Positions 18,342-28,354 are shown, numbered from the stretch's first letter. The stretch: DNA of 64,000 nt from Vicinamibacterales bacterium (GCA_035652075.1 DASREL010000107.1:12385-76384), one strand, 5' to 3'. Notes: generated by a model not told the origin, from the sequence alone. Translations and numbers: made by a program.

Positions 18342-18343
18342 CG

Positions 18344-18526
18344 ATGCCGAATCCAAAACGACGACACTCGAAGACGCGGACGGCCAAGCGCCGCACGCAC
18401 GACGCGCTGAAGCCGGTCGGCCTCAGCGAATGTCCACATTGCCACGAGCCGAAACCGCCGCACCGCGTCTGCTCGAACTGCGGCTATTACCGCGGCCGTC
18501 AGGCGCGCGCGGTCGACGAGGAATAG
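18344..18526 (+). CDS. rpmF: 50S ribosomal protein L32
   Basis: MPNPKRRHSKTRTAKRRTH...CPHCHEPKPPHRVCSNCGYY. Confidence 0.95.
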   Translation: MPNPKRRHSKTRTAKRRTHDALKPVGLSECPHCHEPKPPHRVCSNCGYYRGRQARAVDEE

Positions 18527-18534
18527 ATCGCTAG

Positions 18535-19545
18535 ATGATCTGGATCGCCGTTGACGCGATGGGCGGCGACTACGCGCCGCAGAACATCGTCGACGGCGCG
18601 CTCGCCGCGGCGCGACACTTCGATCTCGGTGTCACGCTCGTGGGACCTCCGGCCGCGATCGAGCCCGAGCTCGCGCGGCACCTCGACGTCGATCCCCAGC
18701 GCATTCGACTCGTCGACGCAGCCGACGTCGTCGCGATGGACGACTCGCCGGTGGCAGCGCTGCGTCGGAAACCGCAGGCGACGATCAAGGTCGCCGCGTC
18801 GCTCGTGCAGAGCGGCGAGGCGGCGGCGCTCGTCAGCGCGGGACACACCGGCGCGACGGTGATGGCGGCGCACGCCGCGTTCGGGATGCTGCCGGGAGTC
18901 GATCGGCCGGCGCTGGCGGCGACGATTCCGACGCGCGGCGGCTCGGCGATCCTGCTCGACGTCGGCGCGAGCGTCGAATGCCGCCCGCATCACTTGCTGC
19001 AGTTCGCGGTGATGGGCAACGTCTACGCGAAAGTGATTTTCGGCACCGAGCATCCTCGCGTCGGGCTGCTGTCGATCGGCGAGGAAGCGACGAAGGGCAA
19101 CGAGCTGACGCGCGAAGCGCACCGGTTGCTGAAAGGTGCACCGCTGACGTTCATCGGCAACGTCGAAGCGCGCGATGTTTACAGCGGGACGGCCGACGTC
19201 ATCATCGCCGACGGCTTCACCGGCAACATCGCGCTGAAGATCAGCGAAGGGCTCGTCGAGACGATGGAGACGCTGCTTGGCGAAGAGTTGTCGAGCACGG
19301 TGACGACGATGGTCGGTTCGATGTTGACGCGGCGGGCGATGCGGCGCTTCAAACGGCGCGTCGATTACTCGGAATACGGCGGCGCACCGCTCCTCGGTGT
19401 CGCCGGCGTGACGATCGTCGGCCATGGACGGTCGAGCGCGAAAGCCGTCCGCAACGCGATCGCGATGGCGTATCGCTTTGCCTCCCAAAACTTCATTCAG
19501 CGCGTCGAGCAGACGATCGCCGCGGCCGCCATCCATCAATCGTGA
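18535..19545 (+). CDS. plsX: Phosphate acyltransferase PlsX
   Basis: IAVDAMGGDYAP, SAGHTGA, GFTGNIALK. Confidence 0.95.
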   Translation: MIWIAVDAMGGDYAPQNIVDGALAAARHFDLGVTLVGPPAAIEPELARHLDVDPQRIRLVDAADVVAMDDSPVAALRRKPQATIKVAASLVQSGEAAALVSAGHTGATVMAAHAAFGMLPGVDRPALAATIPTRGGSAILLDVGASVECRPHHLLQFAVMGNVYAKVIFGTEHPRVGLLSIGEEATKGNELTREAHRLLKGAPLTFIGNVEARDVYSGTADVIIADGFTGNIALKISEGLVETMETLLGEELSSTVTTMVGSMLTRRAMRRFKRRVDYSEYGGAPLLGVAGVTIVGHGRSSAKAVRNAIAMAYRFASQNFIQRVEQTIAAAAIHQS

Positions 19546-20480
19546 TCGCATTCATTTTTCCGGGACAAGGCGCGCAGAAGGTCGGCATGGGCAAAGCGCT
19601 CGCCGATGCGTTCCCGATCTGCATGCAGACGTTCGACGAAGCGGACGCGGCGCTCGGCGAGTCGCTCAGCGGGACGATCTTCAACGGGCCAGAGGATCGG
19701 CTGACGCTGACCGAAAACACGCAGCCGGCGATCCTCGCCGTCAGCACGGCGGCGTGCCGGCTGCTCGCGTCGAAAGGCATCACGCCCGCTTTCGTCGCCG
19801 GCCATAGCCTCGGCGAGTACTCGGCGAACGTCGCCGCCGGCACGTTCGCGTTCGCCGACGCGTTGAAATTGGTGCGCAACCGCGGACGCTATATGCAGGA
19901 AGCGGTGCCGGTGGGCACGGGGGCGATGGCCGCCATTCTCGGCCTGGACGCCGACACGGTCGCCCAGGCGTGTGCGGACGCGGCGGACGGCGAGGTCGTC
20001 AGCGCGGCGAACTTGAACGGCGGCGGGCAGATCGCGATCGCGGGTGCGACCGAGGCCGTGAAGCGTGCCGGCGAACGCGCGAAAGCGCTTGGCGCCAAGC
20101 GCGTGATTCCGCTGCAAGTCAGCGCCCCGTTCCACTGCGCGCTGATGAAGCCGGCGCAGGATCGTCTCGAACCGGAATTGCGCGCGCTGCGCGTGGCGGA
20201 CCCGCGCGTGCCGATCGTGGCCAACGTGGACGCCGAGCCGAAGCGCGGTGCCCGTGCGGCGATTGACGCGCTGGTTCGTCAGGTATCGGCGCCGGTGCGC
20301 TGGGAAGACGTCGTGCAACGTCTTGCGAAAGAAGGCGTCACAACGTATGTTGAGGTAGGTCCTGGTGCAGTGTTGAGCGGTCTGGTCCGCAAGATCCACC
20401 GCGATGCGACCGTGGTCAACTTCGGCAGCCCGGACGATCTCGAGGCGGTTGAGAGGACGCTTGGCGGGTCGCTCGGCTAA
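19542..20480 (+). CDS. fabD: Malonyl CoA-ACP transacylase FabD
   Basis: A GTG overlapping the plsX stop (GTGA). IAFIFPGQGAQ and GHSLGEYSA active-site motif. Confidence 0.95.
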   Translation: MIAFIFPGQGAQKVGMGKALADAFPICMQTFDEADAALGESLSGTIFNGPEDRLTLTENTQPAILAVSTAACRLLASKGITPAFVAGHSLGEYSANVAAGTFAFADALKLVRNRGRYMQEAVPVGTGAMAAILGLDADTVAQACADAADGEVVSAANLNGGGQIAIAGATEAVKRAGERAKALGAKRVIPLQVSAPFHCALMKPAQDRLEPELRALRVADPRVPIVANVDAEPKRGARAAIDALVRQVSAPVRWEDVVQRLAKEGVTTYVEVGPGAVLSGLVRKIHRDATVVNFGSPDDLEAVERTLGGSLG

Positions 20481-20506
20481 AGCCCTCGCGCGACATCATT
20501 GCGACA

Positions 20507-21247
20507 ATGTTTAGACTCGACGGCAAAGTGGCGCTCGTGACCGGTGCGTCGCGCGGGATCGGTCGCGCGATGGCGATGCGTCTTGCCGAACAGGGCGCGA
20601 CGGTCGTGGCCGCCGCCCGCGGCGACAACGCGAAGGCCTGCGTCGACGAGATCGCGGCTGCGGGCCACAAAGCGGCGATGTTGACGCTCGACGTCACCGA
20701 TACCGCCGCCCTCGAGAAGGTGCCGGGCGCGATCGTGAGCGCGCACGGGCGGCTCGACATCCTGATCAGCAATGCGGGGATTACGCGCGATCAGCTCCTG
20801 ATGCGGATGAAGCGCGACGACTGGGACGCGGTGCTCGCGACGAACCTGACCGCCACCTTCGTGCTGGCGCAGGCCGCGATGCGGCCGATGTTGAAGCAGC
20901 GCGGCGGGCGGATCATCGCGGTCAGCTCGGTCGTGGGCCAGATGGGGAATGCGGGGCAGACGAACTACGCCGCGTCGAAAGCCGGACTGATTGGCTTCGC
21001 AAAGGCGCTGGCGCGCGAAGTCGCCTCGCGCTCGATTACCGTGAACGTGATCGCCCCGGGAATGATCGAAACCGACATGACGCGTGCGATTGGCGCCGAT
21101 GCGCACGCGGAACTCGAGCGGCAGATTCCGCTCGGGCGCCTCGGAACGGTGGACGATATCGCCACCGCGGCGTGCTATCTTGCGTCGGATGAGGCGTCGT
21201 ATATTACTGGACACGTGCTCGCCGTCAACGGCGGCATGTATATGTAG
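20507..21247 (+). CDS. fabG: 3-oxoacyl-ACP reductase FabG
   Basis: ALVTGASRGIGRA, NAG, YAASKAG catalytic motif. Confidence 0.95.
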   Translation: MFRLDGKVALVTGASRGIGRAMAMRLAEQGATVVAAARGDNAKACVDEIAAAGHKAAMLTLDVTDTAALEKVPGAIVSAHGRLDILISNAGITRDQLLMRMKRDDWDAVLATNLTATFVLAQAAMRPMLKQRGGRIIAVSSVVGQMGNAGQTNYAASKAGLIGFAKALAREVASRSITVNVIAPGMIETDMTRAIGADAHAELERQIPLGRLGTVDDIATAACYLASDEASYITGHVLAVNGGMYM

Positions 21248-21256
21248 GAGGCATCT

Positions 21257-21499
21257 GTGGCCGTAGCCGACAAAGTGAAGAGCATCATCGTGGAGCAGCT
21301 GGGAGTCGACGAAGAAGAAGTGACGCCGGATGCGTCGTTTGTCGACGACCTCGGCGCCGACTCACTCGACACCGTCGAGCTGGTCATGGCCTTCGAAGAG
21401 GAATTCGGCATCGAAATTCCCGACGAGGACGCCGAGAAGATTACGCGCGTGAAAGAAGCGGTCGAGTACATCGAGTCGCACGCCAAAGGAAAAAAGTAG
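21257..21499 (+). CDS. acpP: Acyl carrier protein
   Basis: [32 protein letters not shown] Shine-Dalgarno sequence upstream. Confidence 0.95.
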   Translation: MAVADKVKSIIVEQLGVDEEEVTPDASFVDDLGADSLDTVELVMAFEEEFGIEIPDEDAEKITRVKEAVEYIESHAKGKK

Positions 21500-21511
21500 G
21501 GCGGACCCTCC

Positions 21512-22759
21512 ATGGCGAATCCTCGGCGAGTGGTGGTCACCGGCATCGGCCTGGTGTCGCCGCTCGGCATCGGTACGGAATCGAACTGGGCGGCGCTCAC
21601 GGCGGGCACGAGCGGCATCGGCCCCATCACGCATTTCGATGCGTCGCAGCACGCCGCGCGCATCGCGGGTGAGGTGCGCGGATTCGATCCGCTGCGGTTC
21701 CTGGACAAGAAAGATGTCAAGAAGATGGACATCTTCATCCAGTACGCGATTGCGGCGTCGCAGTTCGCGATGGACGATGCGCGGCTGACGATCACGCCCG
21801 ACCTGGCGCCGAACGCAGGCGTGTTCATCGCGTCGGGCATCGGCGGGTTCACGACGATCGAGCGCGAGCACATCGCGATGCTGCAGGGCGGTCCGCGCAA
21901 GATCTCGCCGTTCTTCATCCCGGCGTCGATCATCAACCTCGCGGCGGGCCAGGTGTCGATCCGGTTCGGCGCGAAAGGGCCGAACTCGGCGACGTGCACC
22001 GCCTGCTCGGCCTCAGCGCACGCGATCGGGGACGCGTACGAGATCATCCGCCGCGGGGATGCGGACGTGATGATCGCCGGCGGATCCGAGGCGGCGATCA
22101 CGCCGATGGGCGTCGGCGGCTTTGCCGCGTTGCGCGCGCTCTCGACGCGCAACGACGAGCCGACGCGCGCGAGCCGTCCGTTCGACAAGGATCGCGACGG
22201 CTTCGTGGTCGGCGAAGGATCCGGCGTGCTGATTCTCGAGGAGCACGAGCGCGCGGTGGCGCGCGGCGCGCGCGTCTACGCCGAACTCGTCGGCTACGGG
22301 ATGACGGCCGACGCGTATCACATCACGGCCCCGTCGGAAGACGGCGATGGGCCGCTGCGCGTCATGCAGCGCGCCATGAAGAGCGCCGGCATCGAGCCGT
22401 CGCAGATCGATTACATCAACGCGCACGGCACGTCGACGCCGCATGGCGACAAGGTCGAGACGATTGCGATCAAGCGCGCCTTCGGCGACAGCGCGAAGAC
22501 GGTCGCGGTTTCGTCGACCAAGTCGATGACAGGGCATCTGCTGGGAGCGGCAGGCGGCCTCGAAGCCGGCATCACGGCGCTCGCGGTACATCACCAACTG
22601 GCGCCGCCCACGATTAACCTCGACCATCCCGACGAGGAGTGCGATCTCGACTACGTGCCGAACACCGTCCGGCCGCTCGAGATCGAGTACGCGCTCTCGA
22701 ATTCGTTCGGGTTCGGCGGTACCAACGGCGCCCTCTTGTTCAAGAGATACCACGCGTGA
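21512..22759 (+). CDS. fabF: 3-oxoacyl-ACP synthase II FabF
   Basis: Active-site Cys context ATCTACSASAHAIG, then NAHGTSTP and SFGFGGTNG. Confidence 0.95.
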   Translation: MANPRRVVVTGIGLVSPLGIGTESNWAALTAGTSGIGPITHFDASQHAARIAGEVRGFDPLRFLDKKDVKKMDIFIQYAIAASQFAMDDARLTITPDLAPNAGVFIASGIGGFTTIEREHIAMLQGGPRKISPFFIPASIINLAAGQVSIRFGAKGPNSATCTACSASAHAIGDAYEIIRRGDADVMIAGGSEAAITPMGVGGFAALRALSTRNDEPTRASRPFDKDRDGFVVGEGSGVLILEEHERAVARGARVYAELVGYGMTADAYHITAPSEDGDGPLRVMQRAMKSAGIEPSQIDYINAHGTSTPHGDKVETIAIKRAFGDSAKTVAVSSTKSMTGHLLGAAGGLEAGITALAVHHQLAPPTINLDHPDEECDLDYVPNTVRPLEIEYALSNSFGFGGTNGALLFKRYHA

Positions 22760-23520
22760 AAATTGCCGTCTGCATCAAACAGGTTCCGACGCGCGAATGG
22801 CAGCCGCGTCTGGACGACTCGAAGACCTGGATCCGCGAAGGCGATGCCAGCTTCGAGATGAACGAACCGGATGCGTACGCGCTCGAAGAAGCGCTGCGCC
22901 TCAAGGAAAAGAACGGCGGCGAAGTCGTCGTCTGCTCGGGTGGACCTGCGCGGGTCGCGCAGGTGATTCGCGAAGCGTTGGCGCGCGGCGCAGACCGTGC
23001 CATTCATGTCGAGGACGATTCGCTGGCGGCCGCTGACGCGTTCGTGACGTCAGGCGCGCTCGCGGCCGCGATGGCCGACGAGAAGTTCGATCTCGTCCTG
23101 ACCGGATTGCAGTCCGACGATCAGGGCTTCGCGCAGGTCGGCGTGATCCTCGCGGAGAAGCTCGGCCTGCCGCACGCGACGATCATCATGGAAGTGAACG
23201 TCGATGGCTCGAACCTGAAGGTCAAGCGCGAGCTCGAAGGCGGCTGGTTCCAGATGGTGACGATGCCGCTGCCGGCGGTGCTGACGATCCAGAGCGGCAT
23301 CAATCAGCTGCGGTACGCGACGCTCAAGGGCATCATGGCGGCGAAGAAGAAAGAGATCAAGAAAGCCGCAATGCCGTCAGGCCTGACCGCGCACCAGAAG
23401 ATCGTGAACCTCTACGTGCCCGAAAAAGGGAAGAAGACGCAGATCATCGGCGGATCGCCGGCCGAAGCGGCGAAAGAGCTCGTGCGCAAGCTGCGCGAGG
23501 AAGCGAGGGTCATCCAGTGA
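22756..23520 (+). CDS. etfB: Electron transfer flavoprotein beta subunit
   Basis: A GTG overlapping the fabF stop (GTGA) gives MKIAVCIKQVP. Also GADRAIHV. Confidence 0.9.
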   Translation: MKIAVCIKQVPTREWQPRLDDSKTWIREGDASFEMNEPDAYALEEALRLKEKNGGEVVVCSGGPARVAQVIREALARGADRAIHVEDDSLAAADAFVTSGALAAAMADEKFDLVLTGLQSDDQGFAQVGVILAEKLGLPHATIIMEVNVDGSNLKVKRELEGGWFQMVTMPLPAVLTIQSGINQLRYATLKGIMAAKKKEIKKAAMPSGLTAHQKIVNLYVPEKGKKTQIIGGSPAEAAKELVRKLREEARVIQ

Positions 23521-24473
23521 TTCTCGTCATCGCCGAACAGCGCGACGGGAAGCTGAATCGCGCGACGTGGGAAGCGATCGTCGGCGCGCAGCAGATCGGC
23601 GCGGCGAATATCACGGTGCTCGTTCTCGGCACAAACACCACTGGTCCGGCGAATGAGCTGGCGGCGGCGAGCGTGAAAGAGGTCGTCACGATCGAGCACG
23701 CTGCGCTCGAGCCGTACACACCGGACGGCTTCACGATGGCGTTGCAGGATGCGATCGCGCAGCTGAATCCGACGTACGTGCTGCTGCCACACACGTATCA
23801 GACGCGCGACTTCGCGCCGAAACTGGCGGCGCGGCTGGATCGCGCGATCATCACGGACGTGACCGCGGTCAAGAAGGGCAGCGACACTGCATTCGTCCGT
23901 CCGATGTTCCAGGGCAAGCTGACCGCCGACGTCGTCCCACAGGGGAGCGCGCCGCATTTCGTCACGTTCCAGATTGGCGCGTACCGCGTCGATCAGGTTG
24001 CAAAGGGATCCGCCGCCGCGCCTACGCGCGCGCTCAGCGTCACCATCGACGCGTCGAAGATCCGCCAGAAGCCGGAAGCGCCGTTTCAGCAGGCGAAGGC
24101 CGCCGTCGATCTGTCGCAGGCCGAACGCATCGTGTCGGTCGGCCGCGGGATCAAAGAGCAGGCGAACATCAAGATCGCCGAGGATCTCGCCAGGGCGCTG
24201 GGAGCGGAGATCGCCGCCTCGCGTCCGATTTGCGACTCGGGCTGGCTGCCGATGGAACGTCAAGTCGGCAGTTCGGGACAGACGGTCGCCCCCAAGCTGT
24301 ATCTCGCGCTTGGCATTTCGGGCGCGATTCAGCATCTCGTCGGGATGAAGGGGTCGAACACGGTCGTTGCGATCAACAAGGATCCCGACGCTCCGATATT
24401 CGAGATCGCCGACTATGGCATCGTCGGGGACCTGTTCGAGATAGTCCCCGCGATGATCGAGGCTTTGAAGTGA
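23517..24473 (+). CDS. etfA: Electron transfer flavoprotein alpha subunit
   Basis: C-terminal FAD motif VGSSGQTVAPKLYLALGISGAIQHLVGM. GTGA overlap with etfB. Confidence 0.9.
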   Translation: MILVIAEQRDGKLNRATWEAIVGAQQIGAANITVLVLGTNTTGPANELAAASVKEVVTIEHAALEPYTPDGFTMALQDAIAQLNPTYVLLPHTYQTRDFAPKLAARLDRAIITDVTAVKKGSDTAFVRPMFQGKLTADVVPQGSAPHFVTFQIGAYRVDQVAKGSAAAPTRALSVTIDASKIRQKPEAPFQQAKAAVDLSQAERIVSVGRGIKEQANIKIAEDLARALGAEIAASRPICDSGWLPMERQVGSSGQTVAPKLYLALGISGAIQHLVGMKGSNTVVAINKDPDAPIFEIADYGIVGDLFEIVPAMIEALK

Positions 24474-24478
24474 ACGAT

Positions 24479-24573
24479 GTATTGAGGATTGCGGATTGAG
24501 GATTGCGGATTGATTGTTGATTTACCCCGCCAATCGTCAATAAATCCGCAATCCGCATTCCTCAATCCGCAAT
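24479..24573. repeat. ATTGMGG array palindrome (family copy 1)
   Basis: attgagg attgcgg attgagg attgcgg attgatt gttgatt ... aataaat ccgcaat ccgcatt cctcaat ccgcaat. It fills the whole etfA-etfD spacer. Confidence 0.9.
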
Positions 24574-26404
24574 GACAGCGACCATCGTTTTCTGGCTTCT
24601 CTTCATCGCTTTCATCGGCGCCTTTGCGGCGCAAGTGGCCACCCGTGTCCGCCTGATCGCCGCCGCGCCGAATACCTTCAACGTCAATGACGCCGGCTTC
24701 CGCATCGGCCGGTGGCTGACCGACGTCCTCTTCCAGCGAAAAACGATCGTCGAACGCCCCGTCGCCGGCTTCATGCACGCGCTGGTGTTCTGGGGCTTTC
24801 TCGCCTTTGCCGGCTACACGTCGATCGAATTCCTTTACGGCCTCGGGATCGTCGACCTGACCGAGGCGCGCTGGTTCCACGCGTATCGTCTGTTCATCGC
24901 GCCGTTCGCGACGGGCGTCTTGATCGGCATCCTCTATTTGTTGATCCGCCGAGCGTTCGTCCGTCCGGTCGGGCTCGGCGATCACGTGTCGATCGAGTCG
25001 ATCGTCATCGCACTGTTCATCGCGACGCTGATGGTCACGTACCTGCTCGCATTCAGGCTCGACGAGCACTCCGCCGCCGGCCGCGCGAACTGGTGGATCC
25101 ACATGCTGGTGATCCTTGCCTTCATGGCGCTGATTCCCGCGTCGAAACATTTCCACCTCGTGCTGTCGCCGGTGACGGTGTTCCTGAAATCGCCCGAGCT
25201 CGGTAACCTGCCGAATTTGGACTTCGAGAAAGAGCAGGTCGGCCTCGAGACGCTCAAGGATCTCGGCAGCAAGTCGGTCCTCGACGCGTTCACGTGCGTC
25301 GAGTGCGGCCGCTGTCAGGTCAACTGTCCGGCGTGGGGCGCAGGGAAAGAGTTGAACCCGAAGGCGATCATCCTGCAGACGCAGGATGCGCTGCTCGAAG
25401 GGAACCGCGAGCGAAAGCTCGGCGAGATCTATTCCGAAAAAGTCCTGTGGCAGTGCACGACCTGCGGTGCATGCGAAAACCAGTGTCCGGTCGGCATCGA
25501 GCATCTGCCGATCTTGATCGGATCGCGCCGCGGTCTCGTGTCCAACGGCGACGCGCCCGAGTATCTCGGCGCGATGTACAACAACCTCGAACGTCGCAGC
25601 AATATCTGGGGGCTTGGCTACGATCAGCGGACGAAGTTCGTGACGTCCGCCGGCCTCGAGACGTTCGATCCAGCGAAGCACGATGTCCTCGTCTGGCTCG
25701 GCTGCGCCGGATCGTTCGATGCCGACTTTCAGAAGTCGTTGAAGTCGATGTTCTCGATTCTCATGCGGAAGGGCGTCAAGTTCGGCGTGTTGTCGAAGGA
25801 GCGCTGCACGGGCGACCCCGCCAAGCGCACCGGCAACGAGTACATGTATCAGGAGCTCGCCAACGGCAACATCGAGGACTTCAAGGCCGCCGGCGTGAAG
25901 AAGATCGTCACCTCGTGCCCGCACTGCGTGAAGACGATCGGCGCCGACTACGCCAAGTTCGGCTACCAGGTCGAGATCGTCCACTCGTCGGTGTTCGTGA
26001 ACGAGCTGCTCGCCGACACGCGTAGCGCGAAGGCCTCAGCCGAGCGAGACGCCGTCACCTATCACGATCCCTGCTACCTCGGTCGCTACGCCGGCACGGT
26101 CGACGAGCCGCGCGAGCTGCTGACGCGGTTCGGCGCCGACATCAAGGAGCCCGAGCGCAATCGCGACAACCCATATTGCTGCGGCGCCGGCGGCGGACTG
26201 CTGTTCGCGGACAAAGAAGAAGAGCCAGGCAGCCGCATCAGCGATGTCCGTTTCAAACAGCTGCAGGCGACCGGCGCGAACACCGTCGTCACGGCGTGCC
26301 CGTTCTGCTCGATCATGCTGAAGGGCGCGCAGGCGAGCGCCGGAGCGGACACGCAGTTCGTCGACTTGATGACGTTCGTCGATGGCAAGCTCAAGTCGCT
26401 CTAA
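24572..26404 (+). CDS. Membrane-anchored Fe-S / CCG-domain oxidoreductase, EtfD-like (candidate ETF:menaquinone oxidoreductase)
   Basis: About five N-terminal TM helices. Two ferredoxin-type motifs (CVECGRCQVNCP, CTTCGACENQCP). Two cysteine-rich CCG-type regions (YHDPCYLGR, PYCCGAGGG, ACPFC). Located directly after etfBA. Confidence 0.8.
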   Translation: MTATIVFWLLFIAFIGAFAAQVATRVRLIAAAPNTFNVNDAGFRIGRWLTDVLFQRKTIVERPVAGFMHALVFWGFLAFAGYTSIEFLYGLGIVDLTEARWFHAYRLFIAPFATGVLIGILYLLIRRAFVRPVGLGDHVSIESIVIALFIATLMVTYLLAFRLDEHSAAGRANWWIHMLVILAFMALIPASKHFHLVLSPVTVFLKSPELGNLPNLDFEKEQVGLETLKDLGSKSVLDAFTCVECGRCQVNCPAWGAGKELNPKAIILQTQDALLEGNRERKLGEIYSEKVLWQCTTCGACENQCPVGIEHLPILIGSRRGLVSNGDAPEYLGAMYNNLERRSNIWGLGYDQRTKFVTSAGLETFDPAKHDVLVWLGCAGSFDADFQKSLKSMFSILMRKGVKFGVLSKERCTGDPAKRTGNEYMYQELANGNIEDFKAAGVKKIVTSCPHCVKTIGADYAKFGYQVEIVHSSVFVNELLADTRSAKASAERDAVTYHDPCYLGRYAGTVDEPRELLTRFGADIKEPERNRDNPYCCGAGGGLLFADKEEEPGSRISDVRFKQLQATGANTVVTACPFCSIMLKGAQASAGADTQFVDLMTFVDGKLKSL

Positions 26405-27074
26405 CGACTGGCGCACGTCCGCTTCGAAACGATTTCAAGCCAAGCTGATCTCAATCCTCGGCTACCGCGCCATCAGCGCGCTCGCATCGACCTACCGCTG
26501 GAAGACCGAAGGGCTCGAGCACTACGACGCGATCGTCAAGAGCGGCCATCAGCCGGTCATGGCCTTCTGGCACGGCCGCATTCTTTCCGCCACCTACTAC
26601 TTCCGCCGCCGCGGCATCGTCGTCATCACGAGCGAAAACTTCGACGGCGAATGGATCGCGGGCATCATCGAGCGATTCGGATATGGGACCGCGCGCGGCT
26701 CGACGTCACGCGGCGCGCGCAAGGCGATGCTGCAACTCGTGCGCGACATGGCGGCGGGGAAGCCGGCGGGATTCACACTCGACGGTCCGCGCGGTCCCGC
26801 GCGTGTCGCGCAGCCGGGCGCCGTGTGGCTCGCGAAGATGACGGGCAATCCGGTCCTGCCGTTCCACCTCGAAGCCGATCGGGCATGGACGATGAACAGT
26901 TGGGATCGGACGCAGATTCCGAAACCGTTCGCGACCGTGTCGATGGCGATGGGCGAGCCGTTCACCGTGGCAGCGGATGCCGACGACGCGGGCTTGGATG
27001 CGGCCAGACGCGACCTCGAGGCTCGGCTTTCGGCGCTCGAGACGCGCGCACAGTCGTTGCTCGTCAATCCATAA
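26382..27074 (+). CDS. DUF374 lysophospholipid acyltransferase-like protein
   Basis: FWHGRIL...ITSENFDGEWIAGIIERFGYGTARGSTSRGA...DGPRGPA motif series of DUF374. Confidence 0.75.
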   Translation: MASSSRSNDWRTSASKRFQAKLISILGYRAISALASTYRWKTEGLEHYDAIVKSGHQPVMAFWHGRILSATYYFRRRGIVVITSENFDGEWIAGIIERFGYGTARGSTSRGARKAMLQLVRDMAAGKPAGFTLDGPRGPARVAQPGAVWLAKMTGNPVLPFHLEADRAWTMNSWDRTQIPKPFATVSMAMGEPFTVAADADDAGLDAARRDLEARLSALETRAQSLLVNP

Positions 27075-27100
27075 CCGGCGCAACGCCGTAGTTCAGACCG

Positions 27101-28354
27101 GTGCGGCGTCCCACACGGCCATGGCTGTTCGGCGTCATCAACGTGCCTTACGGAACGTGTTCCTCCGGGATCGTGACGACCGTGCTTCCGTTCCTCCTCC
27201 GGGCGCGCGGAGTATCGGTCGAGACGATCAGCTCGGTCGTCGCGGTCGCCGTAGTCCCGACGATCTGGTATTTCGTCTGGGCACCGCTGGTCGACGTCAA
27301 ATGGCGACGGCGGACATGGCTGGTCGCGTCCGCAATCGTCAGCGCGGCCTGCATGGTGGCCGCGCTGATGCTGCCGCTGCCGGGCGCGCTCCGGGCGATC
27401 ACGGTGCTGGTCGTCGGAGGGATCGCGATCAATCAACTCGTGGGTGCGGCCGTCGGCGGGCTCGTCGCGGACACGGTGCCAAACCACTGGCGTGGCGCCG
27501 CGGCTGGCTGGACGCAAGCGGCAAACCTGGGAGGCGGCGTCGTCGCCGGTGGCTTGCTGGTGTGGCTGTCGGCTCGCTCTCCGACCGCGTTTGTTGCGAT
27601 GGTGGCCGGACTTCTGATCGTGCTGCCGTCGCTGCCGGTGTTGTCTGTCGACGAACCGCCCCCTGCCGGTCGTGGCGCGCGCGAGCATTTCGGGCTGATG
27701 CTCCGAGACTTGAGGATTACGATCCGCAGCCCGCGCGTGTGGCTCGGATTCGCGTGGTTTCTCAGTCCGGTCGGCGCCGGCGCGTTGATGAATCTCTTCT
27801 CGGCGATCGCCGTCGATTACCACGCGTCCTCGACGGCGGTCGCTCTCGGTATCGGCGTATTCAGCGGGTTGGTAACGGCGGTTGGCGCGCTGGTCGGTGG
27901 TTTCGCCTGCGATCGATTCGATCGGTGGTTGGTCTACCCGGTGGCGGGATTGTTGTCGGCCGTGTGCGCCGGCGGCATGACGGTCGCGCCGCTCACGCCG
28001 ACTGTGTACGTGGTCGGCGCCAGCGCCTATTCATTTGCGTCTGGATTCGGTTACGCGACGTTCAGCGCGCTCGCGTTCGACCTGCTCGGTGACGGTGGCG
28101 CGGCCGCCGGCACACGGTCGGCGCTGTTCGTGTCGGCCGCCAACGTACCGCTCGCATACATGACCTGGGTTGATGGCGTCGGCCACTCGCGATTCGGCGT
28201 GCGAGGGTTGCTTGCATTCGACTCGATCAGCAATGTTTTGTCGTCACTGATGCTGATGGTATTTCTCGTCTGGTTGCGCCAATCGAAGGCGTCTATTTGT
28301 TCTGCCGATCGCGCAGTCGCCGCTTCCACTCGTTGTCGCGCCGCCAACGCTTGA
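27101..28354 (+). CDS. MFS transporter, AmpG-like
   Basis: About 12 hydrophobic segments. WAPLVDVKWRRRTW resembles the AmpG loop motif. Confidence 0.7.
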   Translation: MRRPTRPWLFGVINVPYGTCSSGIVTTVLPFLLRARGVSVETISSVVAVAVVPTIWYFVWAPLVDVKWRRRTWLVASAIVSAACMVAALMLPLPGALRAITVLVVGGIAINQLVGAAVGGLVADTVPNHWRGAAAGWTQAANLGGGVVAGGLLVWLSARSPTAFVAMVAGLLIVLPSLPVLSVDEPPPAGRGAREHFGLMLRDLRITIRSPRVWLGFAWFLSPVGAGALMNLFSAIAVDYHASSTAVALGIGVFSGLVTAVGALVGGFACDRFDRWLVYPVAGLLSAVCAGGMTVAPLTPTVYVVGASAYSFASGFGYATFSALAFDLLGDGGAAAGTRSALFVSAANVPLAYMTWVDGVGHSRFGVRGLLAFDSISNVLSSLMLMVFLVWLRQSKASICSADRAVAASTRCRAANA

